Shown here piece by piece: positions 37,747 through 51,298 of a stretch of 64,000 nucleotides of DNA. The number at the start of each line of letters is the position of its first letter. Position 1 is the stretch's first letter. Position numbers and translations under genes: made by a program. The stretch comes from Paecilomyces variotii (taxonomy: Eukaryota). The DNA is taken from the NCBI GenBank assembly GCA_004022145.1, contig RCNU01000011.1; one strand, 5' to 3'. Under the pieces are notes generated by a model, which searched no databases, was not told where the DNA came from, and saw nothing but the letters and a program-made list of their open reading frames with translations.

Positions 37747-38204
37747 CCAGGGGTAGCCGTGCAAAGTCCTGGCCCTTAGGTCGGTACCAAACAATATGGT
37801 TAGGATCTTAAAGCTGGCATAATGTCCGTGAGGTTTCAAATTGAAAAGGGTAAAACGGTTCAACTAATATCTTAATGAAGGCTGCTGACTCGTCAGTGAC
37901 AGGATATATGCCTCAAATTGCACGGGCACCCGAAGTACCCGAATATCTTATATTCGAGATATACCCACATGTACAATATAACGAACGAATGGAGTCTTCT
38001 CTCTGCAATGACCAAGCTCAATCACACCATGGGTCTCAACTTGAAAATATCCCTGATATGTCAAATGGCGCATGTCTAGCGCCAATTCCATATCAATATC
38101 CGTCGGAGTAACTGATGGAAGGAACTGCCTGCTGCTCACCGCCTGCCCCTTGACCGGAGTTCTCCCATATAATTCCCTAACATTATCACCCAGCAACGAA
38201 CCCA

Positions 38205-38555
38205 GGGCACTTAGCTCAGTCGGTTAGTACAACTTGGCTGTTCTGAGGCCTCTGGGTTCGAATCCTGGAGCTGGATGGGCCTCGCCAAAAAAAGCGAGGT
38301 CTCCCTCCAGGATATATAGTAAAATCCTGACCGCCTACAGAGTAGAGCTTGGGCGGGGTTTTCGTAGCATCCTTCCTCTACAGGGTGTGAGCTTTTTTGC
38401 TCTTTGTTCAGTATTTTCCTTTTTTAAATGAATCTATTGTATGGTGGTGGTTAGTTTGTACAGCTAAGCTGGGCAGTTTTGTCATCACTGAGCACGCTCT
38501 ACAGGATAACTATGCTTACTACCTATAACAATATATAAACAACTAATTGAATACC
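38205..38555 (+). mobile_element. Putative tRNA-derived SINE (or tRNA pseudogene); 3' end approximate
   Basis: GGGCACT, box A TAGCTCAGTCGG (38212-38223) at tRNA position 8, box B GGTTCGAATCC (38255-38265); no 3' acceptor strand or proper anticodon arm; followed by a hairpin and an A-rich tail. Confidence 0.55.
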
Positions 38556-38809
38556 AGCCTTACTCGTGCCCTGTATAAAGATTTTTCATCTACTGGTGTT
38601 GTATTGCTTGGGCAGCGTCGCTGCTTAAACAGGTTGTATAATATGTAGAGACTTGATAATCTACGAACACTAACCCAGGTGGCAGGGAATTAGATAAGTG
38701 ACATCCAAGCACCTCTAGAATACGGCACCAGGCGCGTCTTTTAGTGTTACGCAGTAACAAAAGGATAATAGCCAGTCAGAAAATTGATGTTTAGCTTGCA
38801 GAAATCTCA

Positions 38810-40476
38810 CGGGTTTACGCGATTAACAAAGACATCTGATTCTCCAAGATGCTCTCTGATCTTATCAAATCCAAAGTCAAGTGTAGAGAGCTTGACTAGA
38901 GCAAGAAGCAGGAAAGTAAATTAAATCCAGATTACTGACAATGGCGGATCATGTTTCTCAAATAGTTGTATCAACAGGAGCATCAATATGTGCTGGTATA
39001 TCCTTTTCCTTGTGGCTTTCTATAATTAGCAACTGCAACCCAGCCCGACTTGCCTTGCCCAGGCTGTAGTGGGACGAGCTACCGGCTCAGATTCGCGGTT
39101 CTTGACTATCAGATATCCCACTCTACCATCCAACAAGGGGGCGGAGGCTAATGCGCTGAAAAGCCTCACGTCGTGATTGCCTTGATACGATGGACAGCGT
39201 ATACACTGATAGCAAACCAGACACAGAATGCTCAACTGACATATAGCCAAGGAAGAGTCAAAGTCGGGGATTATATATGATCAGTTAATCATAGCGAAGC
39301 AGAAGATCCGTGGTTAGACCTCTTAGCGAGTAGGGAAGACCATTTATAATCTGGTCAGTTAGGAGACAAATGGTCAGGAGCCATCGACTAGATTGATAAA
39401 TCCGCGCTTCTTCATGGAAGCGCTTGGGTGAGGGTTCTCCTACCCAACTGGACTCGAACATGTTCCTGAGCAGCAAGAATTGCCCTTCTGCGTAGGGCCT
39501 CAGCTGTCTGAGAGCGTATACCTCCGATCCTTCAGGTACAATCGTCCCTTCAAGGCTTTTGAACCACCGTAGATGTAAATGCTATCCGGCACAGAGGCAA
39601 GCACCGCCTTCGAACGTTGCTGATCATCTGTAAGGCTGCTAGAATAGAGCACTTCCGGCTCTATTACGCCACCAAGTGCGGCTAGGATGCCTCATGCCTG
39701 GATCCATATGAAGCCCACTTGACCGACTGGCCACATCATCGGGTGAAGGGATATCGACCGTGATCGGGATATCGGCAATTTCTCGTAGCCAAATCGCCTC
39801 CAAGAAGAGGTCCCCAGTGTTGGTCACTTCATCTCGCAAAGCAAGACGCAAAGCAAGAATCTTCAGTGATATCTCAGGCCGTAGACAGAGAAAGCTAGGA
39901 GAGATGAATTCGGGACTCCACGAGTGTACATCACCGCTTCGTCCGTCCTGCTGCTAGTCCCGGTGTCCTACTAGAGTACACCGACTCTCCTTTGCTTATC
40001 CTTCTGCGTGCGATGGTGTATCGCAGAGTATAGTTCCCTCTTTTATAGATCGAGTCATCGCCCGTTTTAAAACGCGCGGAAGGGGGTGTAGTCGATTTTT
40101 CTCGATTGCTCCGGGATGCATCGACGGGAAGAGATTCTTGTTTTCTGAAATCTATGTCACAGATGAGCTGGATTACATGGAGAACTATACTACTACTACT
40201 ACCTTTGGATGTGGCCAGGCCCGAATTCCCATGTCTTCGTCTCGCACCACGGCTGACCTTTCTCCCAATGTTCGGGGAAGATCTTGTTCGCTGCCTCTTG
40301 TTGGATACGGTGATATGAAATGGCTCTGGCTGCTCGGGAGAAGAGGAGGGCTCCCTATATTCGGGCTGGAAATCACGATGAGCGACGAAGTAAGGCAGGA
40401 GTTGGCTCTTTCTTTTGCTGCTGTTCCTTCGGAAGGCTGCTTCGAAGATATCGTGATCATTCATGGTATTTTGCAC
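38810..40476 (-). pseudogene. Degenerate multi-exon hypothetical gene
   Basis: Protein-like segments (40476-39931, 39851-39639, 39476-39285, further pieces to ~38810) with intron-like gaps, several in-frame stops and apparent frameshifts; family not recognised. Confidence 0.35.
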
Positions 40477-40860
40477 ATAGCTATACCCACGACCCTTAGA
40501 TTTGGGTACTGTTGAGAGCTGACCAGATAACGCAGGATATGAGGTCGCAAATGTACGTGTTAGGAGTCTGTGAAGGGGGAATGGAAGGCTAGCATCTACA
40601 GTAGCGTCCGCGTTGCTTACCTAGTGCCAAGCCATACTTAAGCACATGGACAACACAGCCTTACACTGAACGAGATTGGCGATTCGTCAGAGCATTGCTG
40701 ATGCGCATCCTTCAGCAGTCAGATGAGGTTTCAGAAATCTTTCAGTCATCGGTTCTGATTGGCTTTACTGAGGAAGCGTATCTGAATATTCGTTATAAGG
40801 AGATAAGTAACCCGCTATGATGATTTTCCGTAATCGAAGACGATCGGGCTTTAGGGGAAG

Positions 40861-42502
40861 ATGTCAACAACTCAGGTGTTGTCGTCCCCACCTGCTTCTC
40901 CAACTATACGAGGTGCAACGACGGAGCCAAACAGCCCGGCAGAAGCCTCTATCAATGACCTTGGCCGCTTTGCGATACTGATACCGGACAATGGACAAGC
41001 TCGATTGGCGGTCGATGCGACAGTGCGTCTCGGCAGCGTCTATCATCAGCAGTTCATCAAGGAAGTACAGCGCGACGGCAAATGGGTTAACGCTTTCGAG
41101 TTTTCTCTCAGCAACCTGCCGCAATTCGCACATATCGGATGGCGAATAGGCCGAGGTCGCACGTCGCTCGAGAACCGGGGAGTGGACCTACTTCTGCACG
41201 TGGAAGATGATGCCAATATCGAGGAAGAGGATGCTGTTGCTGGCATCCATGCTCGCTTCAACTGGGTCAAGGGTGCTGGAGGGTTCTTCCTCATTGCTTC
41301 CAACAAGAAGGGCAAGAGAGTCATGTTGAATGGCGACGTGTTCAGACATGACCAACGACTCATACCCCACCAAAATGCCATCATGATCGGTGGATGTGTT
41401 TTCACTCTTAGGTATGAGCTGCGGAATGCCGAAGAGGAAGAACAGTTCCAAGTGGAACTGACTCAGTTCTTTCGTCAGTTCCATCGTGATGAGAATCCTT
41501 TTGTTCTTCCCACGCCAAGTGAGAACGACTCCCGATTCCAGGACTGGATTTTCTCACGGCCAATATCAAGGGGGAGTTATGGAGTGGTGTATACAGTCGT
41601 GAACGCTCGAAGCGGACAAGTAGGAGCAGCGAAACGTATTTTGAAATCCAGGCGAAATGCAAGACATGTGAATTGTGAGATCGCAATGACCAGGCGCATT
41701 TCTGGCCTCGTACATGTCAGCGCCCCCTCTAAAAGCCAACTGTGGTCTTCACTCTAATGGGCCTGAGCAGGAACGGATTGCAACCGCGCTCGAAATCCAC
41801 CATATCAAAGGAGGCCCATCCAGGGTCGAAGTTGTAAGGCAGTTCGGTTCTTCGACTAAGCGAGCTATACTCATTTCTCTCCAGGAAAGAATCCGAAGCA
41901 ATCTAGACGAAAAATGGCAGCCAACTCCTTACGATGTCACAGACGAATATCTCATCATCTCACCTCTTCTCAATGCCACATTTCGTTCCCTTTATGAATC
42001 TAACGTAAATACAGACGGCCGTGCAATATTCTTTGCCCAGCTGTTAGATGCAGTCGCCTTCCTTCATGAAAATGGTATCTGCCATCGCGACATAAAACCA
42101 GACAATATCTTGGTGAAGAGTTACGATCCACCTGCAGCTATGCTGACTGATTTCGGGTGCGCTTCGGACAAGCCAGTTATACTGTATGATTTTCCAGGAA
42201 CTATTCCCTACCTTGCGCCCGAGCAAGTCGAGAAGAGGACACACGATCGTTCTGTGGATTACTGGAGTTGTGGGTTAGTTGGGCTCGAATTGACGCTGCG
42301 CAGAACATACGGACGGAGAATCATGTCGTCCGATGATCTATCTGAGTGCCAAAAACATCTTGAAGGTTCAGACTCGCCTACGGCGATATGCGCTGGCAGA
42401 ATGCTTCAGTTAGAACCAAGTGCAAGACTGACAGCGGAGGAAGGCTTCAAACTACTTGAAGACCTGCGTAACAAAAACTCGGGAAAACGGAAAAGGTGCT
42501 AA
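40861..42502 (+). CDS. FHA-like domain plus Ser/Thr protein kinase; 2-3 exons
   Basis: FHA-like WRIGRG...GIHARF...VMLNG; kinase SRGSYGVV, AAK, HRDIKPDN, DFG, GTIPYLAPE, DYWS, R.TAEE. Intron 41716-41770 and a probable 51-nt in-frame intron from 41834. Confidence 0.82.
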
Positions 42503-43404
42503 CGGTCGGCTGGAACGGCAAGATGTCGTATTACTTGTCATGGATCCCTAAGTGCAGTATCGGTTATAGCAACGCCAAGCAGACACAATATTGCTCATAG
42601 GAGTAACGAAGGGCACACACAACTATGAACAATACACTGAAGATTCCCTCAACAATGCAATCATGAGGAGTATTCATGTGTCAAATCGGCTTTGAGCCAT
42701 AAGAAAGCAACTTGCCATTTGGCAAGGCTTGCTAGTCCTTTATTAGTCACAGGTGGTTCTGATAATCGCCAGAGGTCCTCTTCGTCAAATCTCATATATT
42801 AGGTAGTGAGATACCGAGCGAGCAGCCTATCTAGAAGGGCCGTTGACTGATATTACTTCATGCTCCCTTCTGAATATATTACCCTTCTTTCCTGAGAGGC
42901 AGCTATTACAGTAACCTTCTATTGGAAAGCTATTCTCTGTGGTTCAGTTCCATGATCCAGTGTCTCCATAAGATCCAGTGAAAGCGAAAACCATGCCCTC
43001 TGTTCGAGGGTTCAGCAAGTTGAAGAAACTGTTAAAACTGTTCCTAAAACGGTACCTCTCCGCCATCAATCTATCCTAATCAAGCCTTCTGTTGCCTTAG
43101 CCAAGGAGAATTATGCATTTCGAACTTACGAAGATTCTCTAAATTAATGCTTCTTTAATTAATAACGGAATAAATTACTATCTTATATTATTGTAGTCCT
43201 CGCGATAGTATCACTCCACTTATATCCAACTACGTTGTCAATGTACAAGAGTCCAGGAAGTTGGAACTAACTTACATCGACATCCGATAGTATATGCGAC
43301 TACTTCTAGTTCCTTCTTTTATTGAATCGAAAAGACGGTGAACCTGGAACTAGTAGGTAGTTCGTATGATGCTCGGCGGACGAGCCGACAAACCGCGGAT
43401 ATCG

Positions 43405-43954
43405 TCGGAGGCCGGCCAAATTCCGGCCTCCGATAACTAACGAAGGTAATTTCATGGCTGGTGGAGTAAACGCTCGTCTTGTCGGCCAATCATGCCTGCT
43501 GCGTTTATAGATCGCGAGATATTCGAAGTACCAACTTACGGTAAACAGCTCCTCTTCCACCATAGTTTGAAAGAACTACCATCTAGAATACATATGGCGA
43601 TCTTAAAAAAGCTCCCAGGAAGTATTACATTCCTTTTTAGCCCACCAAATTGATGTTGAACTGCGAAGATAAGCTATTCAGATCAGATCGGGACCAAGCC
43701 GTATTGGGTTTAGCTTGCATCTTCAAACCAGCTCCGTCCTCGATCTATATGGCTTCACTCCTCGATACTGCAGTTACTGTTCTGCTCCAAATTATCTATT
43801 GGAAGTCGATATAAGGGAGTAATATGTCGTATAAAGACCAATACTATAAGTAAAAGACAGATACGACAGTACTTCTGACTTGGATGACGGATCCACATGA
43901 TACCATGATCGTTTGGGTAATGGCGTCTCTGAGGCCGGAATTGATACCGGCCTC
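43405..43954. promoter_or_regulatory. Two GAGGCCGG-N7/8-CCGGCCTC palindromes upstream of the IDO gene (candidate Zn2Cys6 sites)
   Basis: TCGGAGGCCGG-ccaaatt-CCGGCCTCCGA at 43405-43433 and GAGGCCGG-aattgata-CCGGCCTC at 43931-43954. Confidence 0.5.
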
Positions 43955-44193
43955 TTTGAATATATAAGCTTGCTCAAATTCCCGGTCGGAATCGCTTGCT
44001 CCTGCGTCCTTTTCTAATCTCATATGTTCATAGAGAGTTCCACGCAACTTCTTTACTCCTTTTTACCCATACTTTTTCCGGTCCCTTGACCTAGACTGAC
44101 GCTTTCCCTTTTCGTCTATCGTACTATACCCCTACCAAACATCAACGTCGCCTCCCATAGACTCTTGCAAGGATATATATAGACCTTTACAAC

Positions 44194-46001
44194 ATGACTG
44201 TCCCACAGCTACCCAAGTCTTCTACCTTGAAGACCTTCCCTCATATCAAGCATGACCCTTCCACCTTGCCATCCTCCCTTGACCCCTTTACTATCACGAC
44301 ATCCACTGGCTTCCTGCCTTACAAGATAGCACCTACAACTCTTCCTGAGGTCTTTAAGCCACTTGTGTCTCTTCTTGATCGTATGCCCGTTGTCAAGGCT
44401 GACGGTGCCCCTGGTCTTCTGGCGACATACGATCTGGGTGATGCTGTGAAGGAACTTCCCGACCTGACTGGAGAGGTTGATAAGCTCATCGCCCCTGATG
44501 GATCTCCTGACCTCTACACTATCACTGCTATTTTCAGGGACTATTCCTTCCTTGCTTCAGCATATATACTTGAGCCATGCTGGGAGAGATGGACCAAGAA
44601 CCCTGACGATGGGTATGGATTGGGTAGGGACGTCTTGCCCAGGGCTATTGCTGGACCAATGTGGCGTTGCGCGAAACTGTACGTCGTCGTATATTACCTA
44701 TAGCAAGTTGTCCTTCCTTCAAGCATAACTAACGTATCTCTATAGGCTTGATCTCCCACCCTTCATGTCCTATGCTGCTGCATATTCTTTGTTCAATTAC
44801 ACCTTGGACAACCCAGCAGAGGGACTCAAGTACGACAACTTGCGTCTCATCCGCGCATTTGAGCGTGGACTAGACCCCAAGAGTTCTGAAGCAGGCTTCA
44901 TCTTGACCCATGTGGACATGGTTAAAGAGTCGTCATCCTTGATCAGTGGTGCTGTCAGGGTCCTTGATACTATCGAGCAGGGTGGCCGTAGGTCCGAGGT
45001 CAATGATGGATTTCGCGAGATACTCCAAGCTATGGAGAAGATTGAAGAGTGTATGGAAGGTGAGATGATGATCAACTTATTCTTGCCATGGTGCCTACTA
45101 ACATGAACCTTTATCAAGAAATGTGGGCCAAGTCCAAGCCCGCTGACTATCTATCCTTCCGAGTCTTCATCTTCGGCATCACGTCGCAATCCATGTTTCC
45201 CAATGGTGTTATCTATGAAGGATGCGATGATAACAGACCCCAGTTCTACCGTGGTGAGAGTGGAGCAAATGACAGCATGGTAAGAGCACCTACGTTCCAC
45301 TCAATTCTTTTTTTTTCTCTCTTTCAACACCGACTAACCTACAACCAGATCCCCCTCCTCGACCACCTCCTCCAGATCCCCATGCCCTCTACACCGCTAA
45401 CCAAGATCCTGCACGAATTCCGCGACTACCGACCTCTGCCGCACCGTAAATTCCTGAAACATGTCTGTGAAAAGGCCGAGGAACTCTCTGTTCGCGACTT
45501 CGCTATGCAAGACAAGGAAACAGTAGTCTTGTTCCTCAAGGCGCTTGACCACGTGCGCAGCTTCCGCTGGAGACATTGGTTGTTCGCGAGGGAGTATATC
45601 ATCAGGAGGACTCCCCACCCAACTGCCACAGGAGGCAGCCCGATCGTTACGGTATGTTCTTCATTCCAACCAGTCTTAGCCTTTGTCTGCCCTCCCCAGA
45701 TATATGTTAATGAATCGAAATCCTTGCCCTGGGTATACGCATTCACTAACTCAAATTAAAACGGAAGTGGCTCCCCAACCAACTCTCTGCGGTGATGGAC
45801 TTCATGATTTCCATCTACGAAACTTACCTTGCCCCAGGGGTTGTCACGCCCGTGACTGAGCACAGGAAATCCCAGAACGGCCATCAGGAGGCTCCATACC
45901 AGTACCACAAGCAGGTTGAGTCCATGATGGAGCGTGTTCGCGACCAAAGGGAGAAGTTGGCCAAAGAGGTCGAGAAATGGTGTCAGGAAAGAGGCGTGTA
46001 A
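44194..46001 (+). CDS. Indoleamine 2,3-dioxygenase family protein (IDO-gamma/IdoC-like); 5 exons
   Basis: TGFLP, FRDYSFLASAY.LEP, PFMSYA..Y.L.NY, SEAGFIL.HV.M, FRVFIFGI, YRGESGANDS, FR.YRP, FRWRHW.FAREYI, ATGGSPIVTWLPNQL. Confidence 0.9.
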
Positions 46002-46364
46002 ATACCGCACACTACATTGACTGGGAGCGTCTTCGTAGAGTGTGTTCATGGATAGGTCTCATTCTATTTATATTTGCGAGAATGGAAAGTCAAGCGTTTC
46101 CTATAAATTACAGGATTGGTTACTCAAATTCAAGCCGCTGTAAATTCCACGATCAGACATAGCTCGCACAATATCCATTTCGTCAGACCTTCGAATCGAA
46201 CAGAATAGAAGTCACGCTATTATGCAAAACGCTGAATATGCAACCCTATCTCTCATAGCCATGTCTGGAACTAGGAAAATACAAGGAGGAAAATGATTCG
46301 TAACATCGTAAATGCCATCTAGCGCGAAGGCTGGGAATAGTTGAAAGGGAAGAAAAAGATTAAG

Positions 46365-48423
46365 TTAGGTAAATATCTCGATCCCCCGCGCCCGTGCATA
46401 TGCAATTGCATCCGAAGCCACGCCGTCGCAGCCTCTGATGTACAGATGCTGGATCTTAACCAGTTTGTTCTCAGATGTGATCACCGCCCCTCCTGCTTCT
46501 GCTTTTGCTTGCTCTACTCGTGCATCGGATAGAACTTTAAGTGTAAGTCCGCTGATGGGGGTGTATGAAAGATGTAGGCTTTTGACTTCTTTCAGGTTAT
46601 AAACGAGTTTTGCCACGGCCTTATCGTCCATGTTGCATAGATGGGAGACATTCAGTTCTTCCAACTCGAGGGATTGGCAACAGGCTGCGATAAGCTCGTC
46701 TGTATTTCCGGTTAGACGCTGGCATCTGTCGACGTGGAGGATGCGCAGGGTCGGTTTGACGAGTATGCCGATCGTTGCGGGTGTTACCCAGTTGTTGTCT
46801 GTCAGGATGAGGGTTTTTAGGTTCGGTACTTGTTCTTGGGTGACTTCCGCGAAGGGGAGGTGACCGATGGGACGGCAGGCGTGAAGGCGTAGGTCTTCTA
46901 GACTCGAGGGTAGATCTGAGAATGGGGGTAGATCGACTCCGCTGAGGTCTAGTTTTCGAAGACGAGGAAATCCCTGATGATTGAAGTCGAACAGATAAGG
47001 GCTTCGGACGATGCGTGGGTTCCAACGCACACGGAGCTCTTCGAGATTGGGGATTGAGTCTGCGATTGTGCCCTGGATCTATAGGTCAGTTTTTGCTTTG
47101 TATGAGAAGGGGAGGTAGGTTGCAACATACATCTTCGATGCCAGGTAAATGAAGGGCTTGGAGATATTCGAAGACGCGCTTCACGCTATTGGCGCCCAGA
47201 GCTATGGCTCGTAAATTCGGCAACTTTTCTGGCCATGAGACCTCGGAAAATGGAGACGCATTGTTCGCATGGCATTCGATCCTCTCCAGGAGAGGCAGAC
47301 TGGACAGAAACATCCCGACGCGTTTGTGATCGATGTTGATCTCATCCGACATGATAAGGGTTTTTAAGTTCTTGCATTCCTTGAACAAAGCATAGAACTT
47401 GTCCCCGCGGTACGCGACACGAGCTTCGAGGTATTCCAGACGAGGACACCGACTCACGAACTCCAGTGTCTTTTCCACAGAGGGAAGAGAGATGTTATCC
47501 AGGACAACGTGAGTGAGCATTCCCCTTGATCGACGCATGTAAGACCGGACTGCATTGCTGGTCACTTTTTTCCGCGCACGGGACAGGTCTATACACATCC
47601 ATAACTCTTGTAATGAGGAAAGAAACCGTTCCCATTTCTTCGAAACGCGCAAGATTGCCCTGGAAGCTCCGTCAATATGGGTGAACAAATGTTGTTTGTC
47701 TTTTTGCGTTCTTGTGAGATCCAACGTACACAATTTGTCGGAAATCAAACTGCTTCAATACCATGACCGCCAATTCCAGTGGCAGATGGTCAAAAGGATC
47801 TCGAAACTGCGAGGCCATCTTCCCTCCCAGCTTGTCATGGAGTTGCTGTAGGAGCTGTCTTGAAGTTAGGGGGTCGTCTAAAAATAGGTTAAGAAGATGT
47901 GGACAGTGTACTAACGTGACGACGGGGATGATCCGAGACTAATGTTCTCAATCCATAAGCGTACATCTCCAGTGCCCTATCGGGTTTCTGATTCAAGATC
48001 AGTATTTTGCCGGCACGCAAGTATCCCTGGATATTGTTAGCACTGGATGTGTGAATCTCAGAGTAAGTACTAACCCGTTCATCGGATCTATCTGTCTTAA
48101 TCATCTGCTTGGCGTCTCGTAGAGCGAGATCAAAATTTCCCAGTTTACAGTAGGTTGCTGCTCTGTTATCAAGAATCCCAACGGCATCTGGAAGCTTCAT
48201 CCTCAGAGCCTGTATGAAATCAGACTATAAAATACACGTTGTGTTGTGAAGCTCTCGAATATTACCTGACTGAACACCTCGATGGCTTTTACATGGTCAC
48301 CATGCTGGTAAAGTTTCTGGCCATACTGGTGGAAGCCAGCTGGGTCACCCCGTGCTAACGCTGCAAGAGAAAAGTTAGGCATGATTATATCTTTTGATCT
48401 GTGAGGGACGTACATGTGGGCAT
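46365..48423 (-). CDS. pof3: TPR + F-box + LRR protein (Pof3/Dia2-like SCF substrate receptor); multi-exon
   Basis: TPR (ILDNRAATYCKL..FDLALRDAKQMIK...GYLRAGKIL), F-box (DPFDHLPLELAVMVL...ILRVSKKW..FL...LW..IDLS), LRR-like C-terminus; start ATG CCC ACA T then a gtacgt intron. Confidence 0.8.
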
Positions 48424-48698
48424 TATTGTGGCCTTGACCACAGGCATTATCTAGCGCCCCCTCTAGTTTGGCGATAGTTAATTGTTACACGACCTGCGAA
48501 AGCTCCCGTAACACGTCGGGCGACGCGAACGGCACGTGCCCAGCAACTAGAATGCGCACTTGGCGTCTTCGGCTCCCCACAGCCAACGGGTGTTTACTTT
48601 CTTCCTCTTTTGGTGAGTGAAGCCGACCGACCGGGATCAAGCTGGGCTGCGACAACCAACTCTCTCGCGGACAGAGAGGATACATACTTACCACAACA

Positions 48699-50553
48699 AT
48701 GGAGCCCCAAAGTCTCGAGGCCGCGTCGACTTATATTAATAACCTCCTTCTCGCAAGGGGTCTCCTGAAAAATGGGAAACCAATCGATTTCGCGCGCCCT
48801 GAGGAGGGACCTGGTGGAACGGATGGCACGATGGCTAGGATCATCAATCTTGTCAACGACCTCGTGGTGAGGAGAGATGTGCGTGTAACTCGATGAAAAC
48901 ATACGAGCATCAATTGACGCCAGATCCACAGAGAGAAGCAGAGCACAGAGAGAACCTGGCCACCACTATTCGAATGTTGCGAGCCAACGAGTCGCAACAG
49001 ACCGTCGAGATTGTATGTTGACATCCTCAACTGCGAGGGCTCCTCACTTACCATAGGCTTTTGCATGATATAGGAGAAGCTCAAGACGAAGAACTCTGAC
49101 CTGAAACGATCCCTAGCTCTGGCGGAGGGCCAGGAGCGAACGTTCAAAACAAACATGCGCAGCGCCGAGTCGACTATTCGAGGCCTGAAGGAAAATGTAC
49201 AGCGCATGAAGACCACGATTCAACAGATACGGGCACAGTGTGCGAATGACGTCCGCAAGAGGGATATTGAATTGCAGAGGTTGAAGTCGCATTTGACTGA
49301 CAGGCAACGAGGGAAGCGGGAAGGCTTAGGAGTTACGACTATCAACATAAATCCAGCATCTGACAGGAGCTTGAGATCAAAGACGGTATCAAGTGATGAC
49401 AGCGTCAACAACCCAGGATATAGCCTGAAACAAGAGACGACAGAATTCTTAACGGAGCTTTGCCAGAATTTGAGTGACGAGAACGATACCCTGATTTCAC
49501 TCTCCAGGAACACGATACGTACATTGAAGGAACTGCAGGGACTCTCTGGCGTTGAGGAAGGAAATGGCGATGCGCCTGAGGTTTCGATCATGACTTCTCA
49601 CAGTGCTAACACTGGTCCTGTTACCGCGCTTCCAACATCCTACGAAGAATTATCCTCAGAGATGGAAGTCGTTCTCGACCATCTCCGGAACCTGCTGACC
49701 AATCCTTCATTCGTGCCTCTTGAGGAGGTCGAGATACGCGACGAGGAGATTCAGCGCCTGCGGGAAGACTGGGAAAGAATGGAGATCAAATGGAAGCAGG
49801 CAGTGAGGATGATGGATGGCTGGCATAAACGGCTGTCTGACGGAGGAGATTCCTTTCAGGCTGCTGAGTTGAAAATCGAACTGGGAATAGGATCTGATAT
49901 GAATTCAGTCAAGCGTTCAGTGAACGAAGGACTCCAGACAAATTCGACGCCCCCTATATATGAGGAAGAACAAGAAAGCGAAGGGGAAGAAGAAAAAGAC
50001 GAAGAAGAAGCAGTGCCTGAATCGATATCGAGAGATGATACCCCTTCTACCAATGATAGTGCTTTACCCGTGAGAAAACCGAGCCTACAGCCTAGCCGGG
50101 CTCTGGGTGAGCGGAACAGAAATATCAGCTCCAAGTCTCCACGCAAGGTCTCTTTTCACGCAGATCTCATCGAGTCATCGCAGGATCAGGGAAAGGAAGA
50201 AGATGAAACTATACCAGTGAAAGCACATAAATCTGGAAGTGTCACTCAGAGACCAACCCGAAGACGGGTAGAACCGAAATCGCGACACGTAAGTAACCAA
50301 ATCAAAGACATATCGGTGTATGTGAGTCTGACAGTGATATACACAGGGAACAAATCCTCGCCATATGAGCGTGTCAGAGAAACTTGCCGCTGTGGAAGCT
50401 GAGGCTCACGAGGCACTCGAGGCCAGAAAACAAGAAGAGAGCCGCAAGAGAAGTCGTGCGTTGAAGGACTCGAGCAAGCGACGACGCGAACGGCGGAGAA
50501 GTACGCTGACGAGCGACGAGCTTGACGAGCTGATGGGAGTGCCTTCCTTATAA
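48699..50553 (+). CDS. tinA: NIMA-interacting TinA/Msd1 (SSX2IP/ADIP family) spindle-pole coiled-coil protein; 4 exons
   Basis: ASTYINNLLLARGLL..G..IDFA, RIINLVNDLVVRRD, IRAQCANDVRKRD.E.QRLK.HL, LLTNPSFVPLEEV, C-terminal RRRSTL..DEL..LM. Confidence 0.8.
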
Positions 50554-51298
50554 CCGATTTAGCGGGATTTGGTCTCTGAATTTGCTTGATACCCATCCTT
50601 GTGAGCGAGCAATCCAGCGTGAATGTATGACTATGTGTATTCGAAAAGTTCGCGTCGTCGTTTTGCATAGGCCAGATACAGCATTTAGTTAGACTTCGAA
50701 GACGTGGAAGTCTGTACCATCAACTAGTAGTTGAACTGACCAATCCAATCACCGGGATCGCGAGAGTAAATATGTTGGCATGCTCTTCTCATGATTTGCT
50801 CAGTGTTGATGGTGATGCTACCTGTCAACTCCACGTTCGTAGCGCAACCTCGGCAATTCTCCCTTTAACATGACTAGCGCGGAGTCCTGTGTTCCATATT
50901 AGACGACAGGCTCACCTCGTCAAGAAGGTATTCAACCAAGGCCGGAATCATTGAGTGCCAGCATTACATATACAAGTATCTTGACTCTTACTGGATACCA
51001 CCTGAGCCCTAGGAACTTCCGGAATCCTGATAGAGTTGCTACTTTTAGTCCGCGCTCAATAGAGTCGGCCTCGGAAGTCGATTTTTGGCCAGCGTCACTT
51101 GCTATACCCCTGTGTCTATATACAAAGGAAGGCCTCCGGACTAATACATAATTATCCGTGTATGGTGTGTTTGCGAAACCTCGAGAAATCAACTCTCCAA
51201 GGCGGAAAAAGAAGGACCAAACAGCTGTTCCTCTCGGAGTCACTTTGGAATTCTTCTTGCAGACTAACTGTCGACCTCATTGATCTGAAGAAGTGACC

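Noticed and set aside
38205-38280. Functional tRNA gene
   Set aside because: No 3' strand complementary to GGGCACT, a broken D stem and no credible anticodon arm.
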